Virus record (IMG/VR): IMGVR_UViG_3300044640_001991
Location: 1 to 25,432 of that record
Origin: a virus
Lineage: Duplodnaviria > Caudoviricetes
DNA: 25,432 nt
Direction: 5' to 3' (one strand)
Of the stretch, positions 1 to 8,260 are shown piece after piece. The notes below the pieces were generated by a model. The model was given only the letters and a program-made list of their open reading frames with translations. It made no database searches and was not told the DNA's origin. The position numbers and the translations under genes were made by a program. Within the stretch, counting starts at the first letter, position 1, and each line of letters starts with the position of its first letter.

Positions 1-1346
1 GTCCCACTTGTGCCTGAAGAACCTGTTGTACCGCTAGTTCCACTTGTTCCTGTAGTTCCTGATGTTCCGTCTATACCTGAAGTACCGCTGGTACCAGTTG
101 TACCTGAAGTACCTGTAGTTCCTGAAGTTCCTGATGTACCTGAAGTACCGCTTGTTGCAGATGTCCCACTTGTGCCTGAAGAACCTGTTGTACCGCTAGT
201 TCCACTTGTTCCTGTAGTTCCTGATGTTCCGTCTATACCTGAAGTACCGCTGGTACCAGTTGTACCTGAAGTGCCGCTTGTTCCTGATGTACCTGAAGTG
301 CCGCTTGTTCCTGATGTACCTGAAGTACCACTTGTTCCTGTAGTTCCTGATGTTCCACTTGTTGCTGATGTTCCTGAAGTACCACTTGTTGCTGATGTTC
401 CTGATGTTCCTGATGTGCCTGTTGTACCGCTAGTTCCACTTGTTCCTGTAGTTCCTGATGTTCCGTCTATACCTGAAGTACCGCTAGTACCTGATGTTCC
501 TGTTGAACCTGAAGTACCACTTGTTGCAGACGTACCTGATGTTCCTGTTGAACCTGAAGTACCTGACGTTGCAGATGTTCCTGATGTTCCACTAGTACCT
601 GATGTACCTGATGAACCACTAGTACCTGAAGTTCCGTCTATTCCTGATGTTCCACTTGTACCTGTAGAACCTGAAGTTCCACTAGTCCCTGTTGTACCTG
701 AAGTACCACTCGTTGCAGATGTTCCTGATGTTCCACTTGTTCCTGAAGTACCTGATGTACCTGTAGTACCAGTTGTTCCTGTTTTTCCTGATGTTCCACT
801 TGTTCCTGAAGTACCTGTTGAACCACTAGTACCTGAAGTTCCGTCTATTCCTGATGTTCCTGATGTTCCACTTGTACCTGTAGAACCTGAAGAACCTGAT
901 GTTCCACTAGTCCCTGTTGTACCTGAAGTACCACTCGTTGCAGATGTTCCTGATGTTCCACTTGTTCCTGTAGAACCTGAAGTTCCACTTGAACCGTCAA
1001 CACCTGAAGTTCCACTTGTACCAGATGTTCCTGTAGAACCTGAAGTTCCGCTTGTACCGTCAATTCCTGAAGTACCTGATGTTCCATCTATTCCACTAGT
1101 ACCTGAAGTTCCGTCTATTCCACTAGTTCCTGAAGTACCGCTTGTTCCACTTGTTCCTGACGAACCTGAAGTTCCGCTAGTTCCTGTTGAACCTGATGTT
1201 CCACTTGTTCCTGAAGTACCGTCTACCCCACTCGTCCCTGATGAACCACTAGTTCCAGATGTTCCTGAAGTACCACTTGACCCTGAGGTTCCTGAAGTAC
1301 CACTTGACCCTGAGGTTCCTGAAGTACCAGATGTTCCTGAAGTACC
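1..1346 (-). repeat. Coding 9-bp-period repeat (G-X-Y, about 149 triplets in window) with higher-order duplications
   Basis: cctgaagta/cctgatgtt/ccacttgtt units. 1-110 is repeated exactly at 163-272 and partly at 418-485. About 631-745 is nearly duplicated at about 838-970. Confidence 0.95.
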
Positions 1347-1538
1347 ATTAAATGTTGTGGCACTTATTGTGTGTAATTGTCCATTAGCGTCAATAGTAAC
1401 CACCAAAGGGTCGACCGATTGGGTCAACCCTGAGATGAAAATTTCTCCTGCGCTTCCGAGTTTTATTCTTTTAATTCCATCCGTTGATAAAAATAATTCA
1501 TCGTCAATCGAATAGAAAAAACCTTTATTAAGTGCCAT
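1..1538 (-). CDS. Gly-Thr-Ser repeat protein 2, putative virion fibre/appendage; 3' end lies beyond the left edge of the window
   Basis: Not in the ORF track because it has no stop in the window. ATG at 1538-1536, 3 nt after the upstream TAA (TAACATATG). Reads [64 protein letters not shown], then ([18 protein letters not shown])n open to the edge (512 codons). Same strand and repeat type as the neighbouring gene. Confidence 0.9.
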   Translation of the reverse strand, partial: MALNKGFFYSIDDELFLSTDGIKRIKLGSAGEIFISGLTQSVDPLVVTIDANGQLHTISATTFNGTSGTSGTSGTSGSSGTSGTSGSSGTSGTSGTSGSSGTSGVDGTSGTSGTSGSTGTSGTSGSSGTSGTSGTSGTSGIDGTSGTSGIDGTSGTSGIDGTSGTSGSTGTSGTSGTSGVDGSSGTSGSTGTSGTSGTSATSGTSGTTGTSGTSGSSGSTGTSGTSGTSGIDGTSGTSGSTGTSGTSGTSGKTGTTGTTGTSGTSGTSGTSGTSATSGTSGTTGTSGTSGSTGTSGTSGIDGTSGTSGSSGTSGTSGTSGTSATSGTSGSTGTSGTSATSGTSGSTGTSGTSGTSGIDGTSGTTGTSGTSGTTGTSGTSGTSATSGTSGTSATSGTSGTTGTSGTSGTSGTSGTSGTSGTSGTSGTTGTSGTSGIDGTSGTTGTSGTSGTTGSSGTSGTSATSGTSGTSGTSGTTGTSGTTGTSGTSGIDGTSGTTGTSGTSGTTGSSGTSG

Positions 1539-1541
1539 ATG

Positions 1542-4500
1542 TTATATAATTTGTACCCATCCACCTGATTTATAGATATATAGTCCTTCGTCTCCGTCCG
1601 TTTGATATACTATTAAAGCCACATCAACTGCTGACATCGTTAGACCATTTCTCTGAGTTTCTGTTAATCTTGGGAACATGATTCCTCTTGTTCCAAATAT
1701 TTCGAATATTGCGTTTGCGGTTGTTCTTGTTGTTTGTCCTATAACTATTGTATTTCCTGTTCCTCCTGTTACCTCAGCAATTGGTGTTGTAGTATCTCCA
1801 ATAGTATCTGTTGAAGTGAATTTAACAATTGTGTTAAGTGTTCCTCCTACTGCAACTGAGGTTCCTGAAGTACCTGTTGTACCTGAAGTTCCACTTGTTC
1901 CTGTTGTTCCTGAAGTACCTGAAGTTCCTGACGAACCACTAGTACCTGAAGTACCTGATGTACCTGTTGTACCACTTGTACCACTTGTACCTGTTGTACC
2001 ACTTGTACCTGTTGTTCCTGATGAACCTGATGTTCCATCCGTACCACTTGTTCCATCTGTTCCTGAAGTTCCTGAGGTACCACTTGTGCCTGTTGAACCT
2101 GATGTACCACTTGTACCACTAGTTCCTGATGAACCTGAAGTACCGCTTGTTCCTGTTGTCCCTGAAGACCCTGATGTTCCGCTAGTTCCTGATGAACCAC
2201 TTGTTCCTGTTGTCCCTGAAGTACCATCTATTCCACTAGTTCCTGAAGTTCCACTAGTTCCTGAAGTTCCACTAGTTCCTGAAGTACCGTTATCACCCTT
2301 AGGTCCATCTAAATTAGTATCCCACGTTGAATATACTCCTGAACCACTAATGTCCGTAACTTGTAGTGTTAGAGAACCTGAAACAGGATTGTACGAAACA
2401 ACGTTTCCGTGAAAGTTATTCACAGTACTATTTGCAACAATCACATGTTGTGCTGTTGTGTAAGATAATCCAACACTTGTTGTTAATGTAATATTATTAC
2501 CGACTGTTAATCCTGATAATGATATTGTATCATTTGATATTCCAATATACTCAGCACTTGTTCCGCTAGTTCCTGAAGTACCTGTAGTTCCTGAAGTACC
2601 CGAAGTACCTGTAGTTCCTGATGTTCCATCTATCCCTGAAGTACCCGAAGTACCTGTAGTTCCTGATGTTCCATCTATCCCTGAAGTACCCGAAGTACCT
2701 GTAGTTCCTGATGTTCCATCTATCCCTGAAGTACCCGTAGTTCCTGATGTTCCTGATGTTCCTGATGTTCCTGATGTTCCTGATGTTCCTGATGTTCCAT
2801 CTATTCCTGAAGTACCCGAAGTACCTGTAGTTCCTGATGTTCCATCTATTCCTGAAGTACCTGATGTACCATCTATTCCACTTGTTCCTGACGTGCCATC
2901 TATACCGCTAGTTCCTGAAGTACCACTTGTACCGCTAGTTCCTGAAGTACCGTCTATTCCTGAAGTTCCGCTAGTACCTGATGTACCATCTATTCCTGAT
3001 GTTCCTGATGTTCCTGACGTTCCATCTATTCCTGAAGTACCCGAAGTACCTGTAGTTCCTGATGTTCCATCTATTCCTGAAGTACCTGATGTACCATCTA
3101 TTCCACTTGTTCCTGACGTACCATCTATACCGCTAGTTCCTGAAGTACCATCAATTCCTGAAGTACCTGAAGTACCATCAATTCCTGAAGTACCTGAAGT
3201 GCCTGAAGTACCACTTGTTCCGTCTGTTCCTGATGTACCATCTGTTCCACTTGTTCCGTCTGTTCCTGATGTACCATCTGTTCCACTAGTTCCGTCTGTA
3301 CCTGAAGTACCGCTAGTTCCGTCTGTACCTGAAGTACCATCTGTTCCACTAGTTCCGTCTATTCCACTTGTTCCTGAAGTACCATCTGTTCCACTTGTTC
3401 CTGAAGTACCATCAATTCCTGAAGTACCTGAAGTTCCGTCTATTCCTGAAGTACCTGAAGTTCCGTCTATTCCACTTGTTCCTGAAGTACCATCAATTCC
3501 TGAAGTACCATCAATTCCTGAAGTACCTGAAGTACCATCAATTCCTGATGTTCCTGAAGTTCCGTCTATTCCACTTGTTCCTGAAGTACCATCAATACCT
3601 GAAGTACCACTTGTACCATCTATTCCGCTCGTACCTGAAGTTCCGTCTATTCCACTTGTTCCTGAAGTACCATCTATTCCTGATGTTCCTGAAGTACCGT
3701 CTATTCCACTAGTTCCTGAAGTACCTGAAGTTCCGTCTATTCCACTTGTTCCTGAAGTACCATCTATTCCTGATGTTCCTGAAGTACCGTCTATTCCTGA
3801 TGTTCCTGAAGTACCGTCTATTCCACTTGTTCCTGAAGTACCTGAAGTACCACTTGTACCTGAAGTACCATCTATTCCTGATGTTCCTGAAGTACCGTCT
3901 ATTCCTGATGTTCCTGAAGTACCGTCTATTCCTGATGTTCCTGAAGTACCGTCTATTCCACTTGTTCCTGAAGTACCGTCTATTCCACTTGTTCCTGAAG
4001 TACCATCTATTCCACTTGTTCCTGATGTACCATCAATACCACTTGTTCCTGATGTTCCATCAATACCTGAAGTACCACTTGTACCATCTATTCCGCTCGT
4101 ACCATCTATTCCTGAAGTACCTGATGTACCATCAATACCACTTGTTCCATCTATACCTGAAGTACCGCTAGTTCCTGAAGTACCTGAAGTACCATCTGTT
4201 CCACTAGTTCCATCTATTCCTGAAGTACCGCTAGTTCCTGTTGTACCTGAAGTACCATCTGTTCCTGATGTACCACTAGTTCCTGTTGTACCTGAAGTAC
4301 CATCTGTTCCACTAGTACCGTCTGTTCCGCTAGTCCCTGAAGTTCCATCTGTACCGCTAGTTCCTGAAGTTCCCGTTGTACCTGAACTACCTGATGTTCC
4401 TGTTGTCCCTGATGTACCATCTGTACCGCTTGTCCCTGAAGTTCCGCTAGTTCCTGTTGTACCTGACGAACCTGATGTTCCTGTAGTACCTGAAGTACCA

Positions 4501-6173
4501 TCTATTCCTGAAGTTCCACTAGTACCGTCAGTACCTGAAGTTCCACTAGTACCTGATGTTCCTGTTGTTCCACTTGAACCTGATGTTCCTGTTGTTCCCG
4601 AAGTTCCTGTTGTTCCACTTGAACCTGATGTTCCTGTTGTTCCCGAAGTTCCTGTTGTTCCCGAAGTACCACTTGTTCCGTTAACCCCACTTAATCCTGA
4701 AGTACCTGATGTTCCATCAGTTCCGCTAGTTCCTGAAGTACCGTCTGTTCCGCTAGTTCCTGAAGTACCGTCTGTTCCGCTAGTTCCATCTGTACCTGAA
4801 GTACCGTCTGTTCCGCTAGTTCCGTCTATTCCTGAAGTACCACTAGTACCGTCTATTCCACTTGTTCCATCTATTCCTGAAGTACCGCTAGTACCATCTG
4901 TACCTGATGTTCCATCTATTCCACTTGTTCCTGAAGTACCATCTGTTCCTGAAGTACCATCTGTTCCTGAAGTACCGCTAGTTCCGTCTATTCCTGAAGT
5001 ACCGCTAGTTCCTGTTGTACCTGAAGTACCGTCTGTTCCACTTGTTCCATCTGTTCCGCTAGTTCCTGTTGTACCTGAAGTACCATCTGTTCCACTAGTA
5101 CCATCTATTCCTGAAGTACCTGATGTACCATCTGTTCCACTTGTTCCGTCAGTACCTGATGTACCATCTGTTCCACTTGTTCCGTCAGTACCTGATGTAC
5201 CATCTATTCCTGAAGTACCACTAGTTCCTGTTGTACCTGATGAACCTGAAGTTCCTGAAGTACCATCTGTTCCACTAGTTCCGTCTATTCCTGAAGTACC
5301 TGATGTACCACTTGTACCTGAAGTACCTCCTGTTATTGTTACGGTAATATTTCCACCACCATCGTTTGTTACTGTTGCACCATTGAATGTTATTCCTGAT
5401 ACAGGGTTAACTGTCGTAATCCCGTCACCAACCGATAAGGCTGAACCAGAACCTGAAGTAATTCCTGTTATTGAGACATTTAAACCATCACTATTATTAA
5501 GGGTTAACGTTGAAGTTCCACTATCATAAGTCCCTCCCGTTACTGTACCTGTAAATCCTGTGATTGTTACTGTTTGTCCGTTGTTTTCATATAATTGTAA
5601 AGTAGTTGTTGCAGAAAAATATGTTCCTCCTGTAATAACAGTGTCGTTCATATTTGCAACTTTCCATCTTGCGTTTTCATGAGTCGCCCCACTAACACCT
5701 TCAATTGTTGACCCTGTCCAAGCATTTAAAAACAAAGCTCCCGCTTCGGTACTGTCTTCACATGTCCAGTTTGTACCGTCAAATCCAAGAGCTCCAGAGG
5801 TTTGTGCATTATTCCATAATGTTACATAGTTGTCTATGACATATTGATAGGTAGTATCTGCTGAAATAACATACACCATCATACCTAACCTTCTTCTTCC
5901 TGATGATATCTCATCACTATATAAAGTTAATACGTTGGGTATACTAAAAGGTGCGTTATATGCAAATGATATTGGGATTGTGTTTCCCGAATAAAGTACT
6001 GTTCCTTCAGTACCTGGCGGGATAACATAATTTAAGTCAGCATACGAATATACTTCCATGTATCCACCTATGTTGTATACACTGAAATTCGTACCTGTAC
6101 TATTGTCAAGAGCAACTCCGACTGGTGCTTCGTAGATTGTTCCTGCTAATGGATTTTGATAGTTAAAGCTCAT
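1542..6173 (-). CDS. Gly-Thr-Ser repeat protein 1 (1543 aa), putative long collagen-like or glycine-rich virion fibre
   Basis: Architecture: about 282-aa N-terminal region, 308 G-X-Y triplets, 83-aa beta-rich insert, 50 G-X-Y triplets beginning GPKGDN, about 104-aa C-terminal domain with [13 protein letters not shown]...[20 protein letters not shown]. Lies downstream of baseplate genes. The fibre role is inferred. Confidence 0.85.
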   Translation of the reverse strand: MSFNYQNPLAGTIYEAPVGVALDNSTGTNFSVYNIGGYMEVYSYADLNYVIPPGTEGTVLYSGNTIPISFAYNAPFSIPNVLTLYSDEISSGRRRLGMMVYVISADTTYQYVIDNYVTLWNNAQTSGALGFDGTNWTCEDSTEAGALFLNAWTGSTIEGVSGATHENARWKVANMNDTVITGGTYFSATTTLQLYENNGQTVTITGFTGTVTGGTYDSGTSTLTLNNSDGLNVSITGITSGSGSALSVGDGITTVNPVSGITFNGATVTNDGGGNITVTITGGTSGTSGTSGTSGIDGTSGTDGTSGTSGSSGTTGTSGTSGIDGTSGTDGTSGTDGTSGTDGTSGTDGTSGTSGIDGTSGTDGTSGTTGTSGTDGTSGTDGTSGTTGTSGTSGIDGTSGTSGTDGTSGTDGTSGTSGIDGTSGTDGTSGTSGIDGTSGIDGTSGTSGIDGTSGTDGTSGTDGTSGTDGTSGTSGTDGTSGTSGTDGTSGTSGLSGVNGTSGTSGTTGTSGTTGTSGSSGTTGTSGTTGTSGSSGTTGTSGTSGTSGTDGTSGTSGIDGTSGTTGTSGSSGTTGTSGTSGTSGTDGTSGTTGTSGSSGTTGTSGTSGTDGTSGTSGTDGTSGTDGTSGTTGTSGTSGTDGTSGTTGTSGTSGIDGTSGTDGTSGTSGTSGTSGIDGTSGIDGTSGTSGIDGTSGIDGTSGTSGIDGTSGTSGIDGTSGTSGIDGTSGTSGIDGTSGTSGIDGTSGTSGIDGTSGTSGIDGTSGTSGIDGTSGTSGTSGTSGTSGIDGTSGTSGIDGTSGTSGIDGTSGTSGIDGTSGTSGTSGIDGTSGTSGIDGTSGTSGIDGTSGTSGIDGTSGTSGIDGTSGTSGIDGTSGTSGIDGTSGTSGIDGTSGIDGTSGTSGIDGTSGTSGIDGTSGTSGIDGTSGTSGTDGTSGTSGIDGTSGTDGTSGTDGTSGTSGTDGTSGTDGTSGTDGTSGTDGTSGTDGTSGTSGTSGTSGIDGTSGTSGIDGTSGTSGIDGTSGTSGIDGTSGTSGIDGTSGTTGTSGTSGIDGTSGTSGTSGIDGTSGTSGTSGIDGTSGTSGTSGTSGTSGIDGTSGTSGIDGTSGTSGIDGTSGTTGTSGTSGIDGTSGTSGTSGTSGTSGTSGTTGTSGIDGTSGTTGTSGTSGIDGTSGTTGTSGTSGIDGTSGTTGTSGTSGTTGTSGTSGTSAEYIGISNDTISLSGLTVGNNITLTTSVGLSYTTAQHVIVANSTVNNFHGNVVSYNPVSGSLTLQVTDISGSGVYSTWDTNLDGPKGDNGTSGTSGTSGTSGTSGTSGIDGTSGTTGTSGSSGTSGTSGSSGTTGTSGTSGSSGTSGTSGTSGSTGTSGTSGTSGTDGTSGTDGTSGSSGTTGTSGTTGTSGTSGTTGTSGTSGTSGSSGTSGTSGTTGTSGTSGTTGTSGTSVAVGGTLNTIVKFTSTDTIGDTTTPIAEVTGGTGNTIVIGQTTRTTANAIFEIFGTRGIMFPRLTETQRNGLTMSAVDVALIVYQTDGDEGLYIYKSGGWVQII
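1857..2306 (-). repeat. Second G-X-Y block (50 triplets)
   Basis: 450 nt running from GPK-GDN-GTS to GTS, with Gly at every third residue. Confidence 0.95.
2556..5327 (-). repeat. Main G-X-Y block (308 triplets: GTS, GTD, GID, GTT, GSS)
   Basis: 2772 nt = 308 x 9. Contains six perfect cctgatgtt copies (2743-2796), 45-bp tandem units near 2590-2735, and a near-duplication of about 130 bp (about 2794-2925 vs 3019-3150). Confidence 0.95.
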
Positions 6174-6190
6174 GTTCTTTTTTTATTTTT

Positions 6191-7816
6191 TTATATTAAG
6201 GTGTTTCCTTTGAAGTAAACATTATTCGCTGACGCGTTTATTCTAAATTCGGTATTACTATATGTTGTGTAAACTCGATAAGTTCCTGGTGGAATTGTCG
6301 AACCTGTAAATCCAACAGGAATTGTTGCGATAGTTGAATTTAAGTTTCTTGCTGTTAATGCGTTTGGATTACCTGCGGTATTCGTACCAATTTGAGTCAT
6401 AATTTGACCATTTGTTGCTCCTGTTGAAACGTACCAAGTATACCAAGCGTTTGTTGGTGTTGTTCCTGCCGCAACTTGAGTTGTTTGGAACAGATATGCG
6501 TTGATTGGATTACCATATGCATCAACTCCCCCTGTTGTTGGCGAAATTGTACCTGTAATAATTGCAGGTGCATTACCTCCCCAACCTGAGTATTGTAAGT
6601 AAGCGTTCATTTGTTGGTTAAACGTTACTGAATTAGCCGTTGTTGGACCATTAATGAAATATCCTCTCCATGTACTTCCTTGAGACAACATCCATCCATT
6701 AAAGCTTGATGTAAGTCCTTGAGGTTCAATTGTTAAGTAAGCAAGTAACGGTGCGTTTGTCGGTGTAGGTGTTTGAGTTTGAGTTGGTGTAGGTGTTTCA
6801 GTTGTAGTAGCGGTGTTAGTTGGTGTAGGTGTTTCAGTTGCGGTTGCCGTAGGAGTTGCCGTCTCGGTAGGAGTCATTGTTGCGGTTGCCGTAGGTGTTG
6901 CCGTCTCAGTTGGAGTTGCCGTTATTGTTGCGGTATTAGTTGGTGTAGGTGTTTCGGTTGCAGTAGGAGTTGGAGTCGATGTTTGAGTTTCACTTGGAGT
7001 ATTTGTAGGCGTCTCACTTGGTGTATTTGTTGGAGTTTCCGTCTGAGTCGGAGTATTTGTTGGAGTTTCCGTAGGAGTTTCCGTAGGAGTCTCTGTAGGA
7101 GTTTCCGTAGGTGTTTCACTTGGAGTATTTGTTGGAGTCTCAGTTGGAGTTGATGTTGGAGTCTCAGTTGGAGTCTCACTTGGTGTATTTGTAGGGGTCT
7201 CTGTGTTAGTAGGTGTTTGAGTAGGGGTCTCTGTTGGAGTCTCTGTTGGAGTCTCTGTTGGAGTTGGGGTAGATGTTTCGGTATTAGTTGGCGTGTTTGT
7301 AGGAGTCTCAGTTGGAGTCTCAGTAGGTGTTTCAGTATTAGTTGGTGTTACTGTAGAAGTATTTGTAGGTGTCGCAGTTGGAGTCTCTGTTGGAGTCTCT
7401 GTTGGAGTTTCAGTTGGAGTCTCAGTTGGCGTAGGGCTAGCACCTATTGAAGGTGTTTGAGTTGGAGTTTCAGTAGGTGTTGGTGTACTAGTTGCCGTTT
7501 CTGATGGAGTCGGTGTATTAGTCGCAGTTTCTGATGGTGTTGGGGTGTTTGTTGCACCTGGTGTTGGAGTAGGAGTTGCAGTTGGTGTTGGAGTAACACA
7601 TTCTAACGCAACTACAATACCATTAAACATGTCATTTCTTGACGCATTTGCATAATAAAGAACGTCATCGACATAGATATTAAATGGCCCAAGAGCGTTT
7701 GAGTTAGAAGCAAGTCTAACAATATATGTTGTACACCCTGTTACTGTTAATTGTTGTTCAATTTCAGTATCACATCCTGGGGCGTTATTAGTTACAAGAA
7801 TAGAATATATGGACAT
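6191..7816 (-). CDS. Mucin-like Pro/Thr-repeat protein (541 aa), putative virion surface protein
   Basis: About 74-aa Cys-containing N-terminal domain, about 279-aa [12 protein letters not shown] low-complexity stalk, about 188-aa aromatic-rich C-terminal domain. No signal peptide visible. Confidence 0.85.
   Translation of the reverse strand: MSIYSILVTNNAPGCDTEIEQQLTVTGCTTYIVRLASNSNALGPFNIYVDDVLYYANASRNDMFNGIVVALECVTPTPTATPTPTPGATNTPTPSETATNTPTPSETATSTPTPTETPTQTPSIGASPTPTETPTETPTETPTETPTATPTNTSTVTPTNTETPTETPTETPTNTPTNTETSTPTPTETPTETPTETPTQTPTNTETPTNTPSETPTETPTSTPTETPTNTPSETPTETPTETPTETPTETPTNTPTQTETPTNTPSETPTNTPSETQTSTPTPTATETPTPTNTATITATPTETATPTATATMTPTETATPTATATETPTPTNTATTTETPTPTQTQTPTPTNAPLLAYLTIEPQGLTSSFNGWMLSQGSTWRGYFINGPTTANSVTFNQQMNAYLQYSGWGGNAPAIITGTISPTTGGVDAYGNPINAYLFQTTQVAAGTTPTNAWYTWYVSTGATNGQIMTQIGTNTAGNPNALTARNLNSTIATIPVGFTGSTIPPGTYRVYTTYSNTEFRINASANNVYFKGNTLI
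6758..7594 (-). repeat. Coding Thr-Pro-Thr-Glu repeat (6/12-bp period)
   Basis: Units such as gttggagtctct and gtaggagtttcc encode (TPTE)n. Confidence 0.9.
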
Positions 7817-7832
7817 CCGCTGTTTTTATTAA

Positions 7833-7839
7833 ATAAATA
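7833..7839 (-). promoter_or_regulatory. TATTTAT motif, candidate late-promoter element
   Basis: Minus strand reads GCGG-TATTTAT-TTAATAAAAACAGCGG-ATG. Same core as three other intergenic copies. Confidence 0.45.
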
Positions 7840-7870
7840 CCGCAAGTATTCTATTTCCTTACCAACTATC

Positions 7871-7900
7871 TTAAAAATAATAAAATGAATTTATTTTTAA
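7871..7900 (-). terminator. AT-only 10-bp inverted repeat directly after a stop codon; possible terminator or processing hairpin
   Basis: TTAAAAATAA-N10-TTATTTTTAA begins immediately after the TAG at 7903-7901. No GC stem and no separate U-tract, so it is not a canonical terminator. Confidence 0.25.
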
Positions 7901-8260
7901 CTATGCGAGATATATTTCACACGACGCATCGGAAGAATATATATTAAAATTACAATTTGATTCTTGGATGTCGATGTTAACAACACAAGATGCTAATTCA
8001 ATTGTGATTTGGAAGTCACATCCGAAAGTACAATCTAATATTTTAAAGACAACACAATTATTTGAGTCAACTAATGTTAACATTATTTGTGGCGCATTCT
8101 GAAAAATACTAGGTATAACAGTATTATATTTCACTGTTGGTGGAACAGGTCCCGAACTAATAGTACCTATTAAAGTACTGTTGTTACCATAGATATCTGC
8201 TATGTAAACTTGAATAGGGTAAGTACCCCCTGATATTTCGGTTATTCTAACTTGTGTCAT
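7901..8260 (-). CDS. Small hypothetical structural protein (119 aa): degenerate SprB-like module plus 11-aa Cys repeats
   Basis: ATGA overlap with the upstream gene. ISGGTYP...LTLVDSNNC resembles the neighbouring modules. Tail reads CDFQITIELAS/CVVNIDIQESN/CNFNIYSSDAS/CEIYLA. Confidence 0.8.
   Translation of the reverse strand: MTQVRITEISGGTYPIQVYIADIYGNNSTLIGTISSGPVPPTVKYNTVIPSIFQNAPQIMLTLVDSNNCVVFKILDCTFGCDFQITIELASCVVNIDIQESNCNFNIYSSDASCEIYLA

Noticed and set aside
233-4690. Short Gln/Val/Leu-rich and MFLKY-type ORFs within the repeats
   Set aside because: Alternative-frame readings of the 9-bp coding repeat.
1-5327. CRISPR array or non-coding satellite
   Set aside because: No constant repeat with unique spacers. 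Variation is mostly at synonymous positions, which indicates protein coding.
1857-5327. Ice-nucleation or antifreeze protein call for the GTS repeat
   Set aside because: It lacks the InaZ AGYGSTxT repeat and regular TxT spacing. Only the general Gly/Thr richness is similar, which is not enough for a call.
10-5529. Long plus-strand Val-Pro-Glu/Leu/Asp ORFs (10-1515, 1678-2412, 2893-5529)
   Set aside because: Antisense shadows. In this frame a stop requires a Tyr, His or Gln codon on the minus strand, and the GTS repeats have none. The minus-strand frames carry the globular domains and fit the operon.
6773-7450. Cys/Arg/Trp/Ser-rich plus-strand ORFs and the 85-aa minus-strand ORF
   Set aside because: Off-frame or antisense translations of the Thr-Pro repeat.
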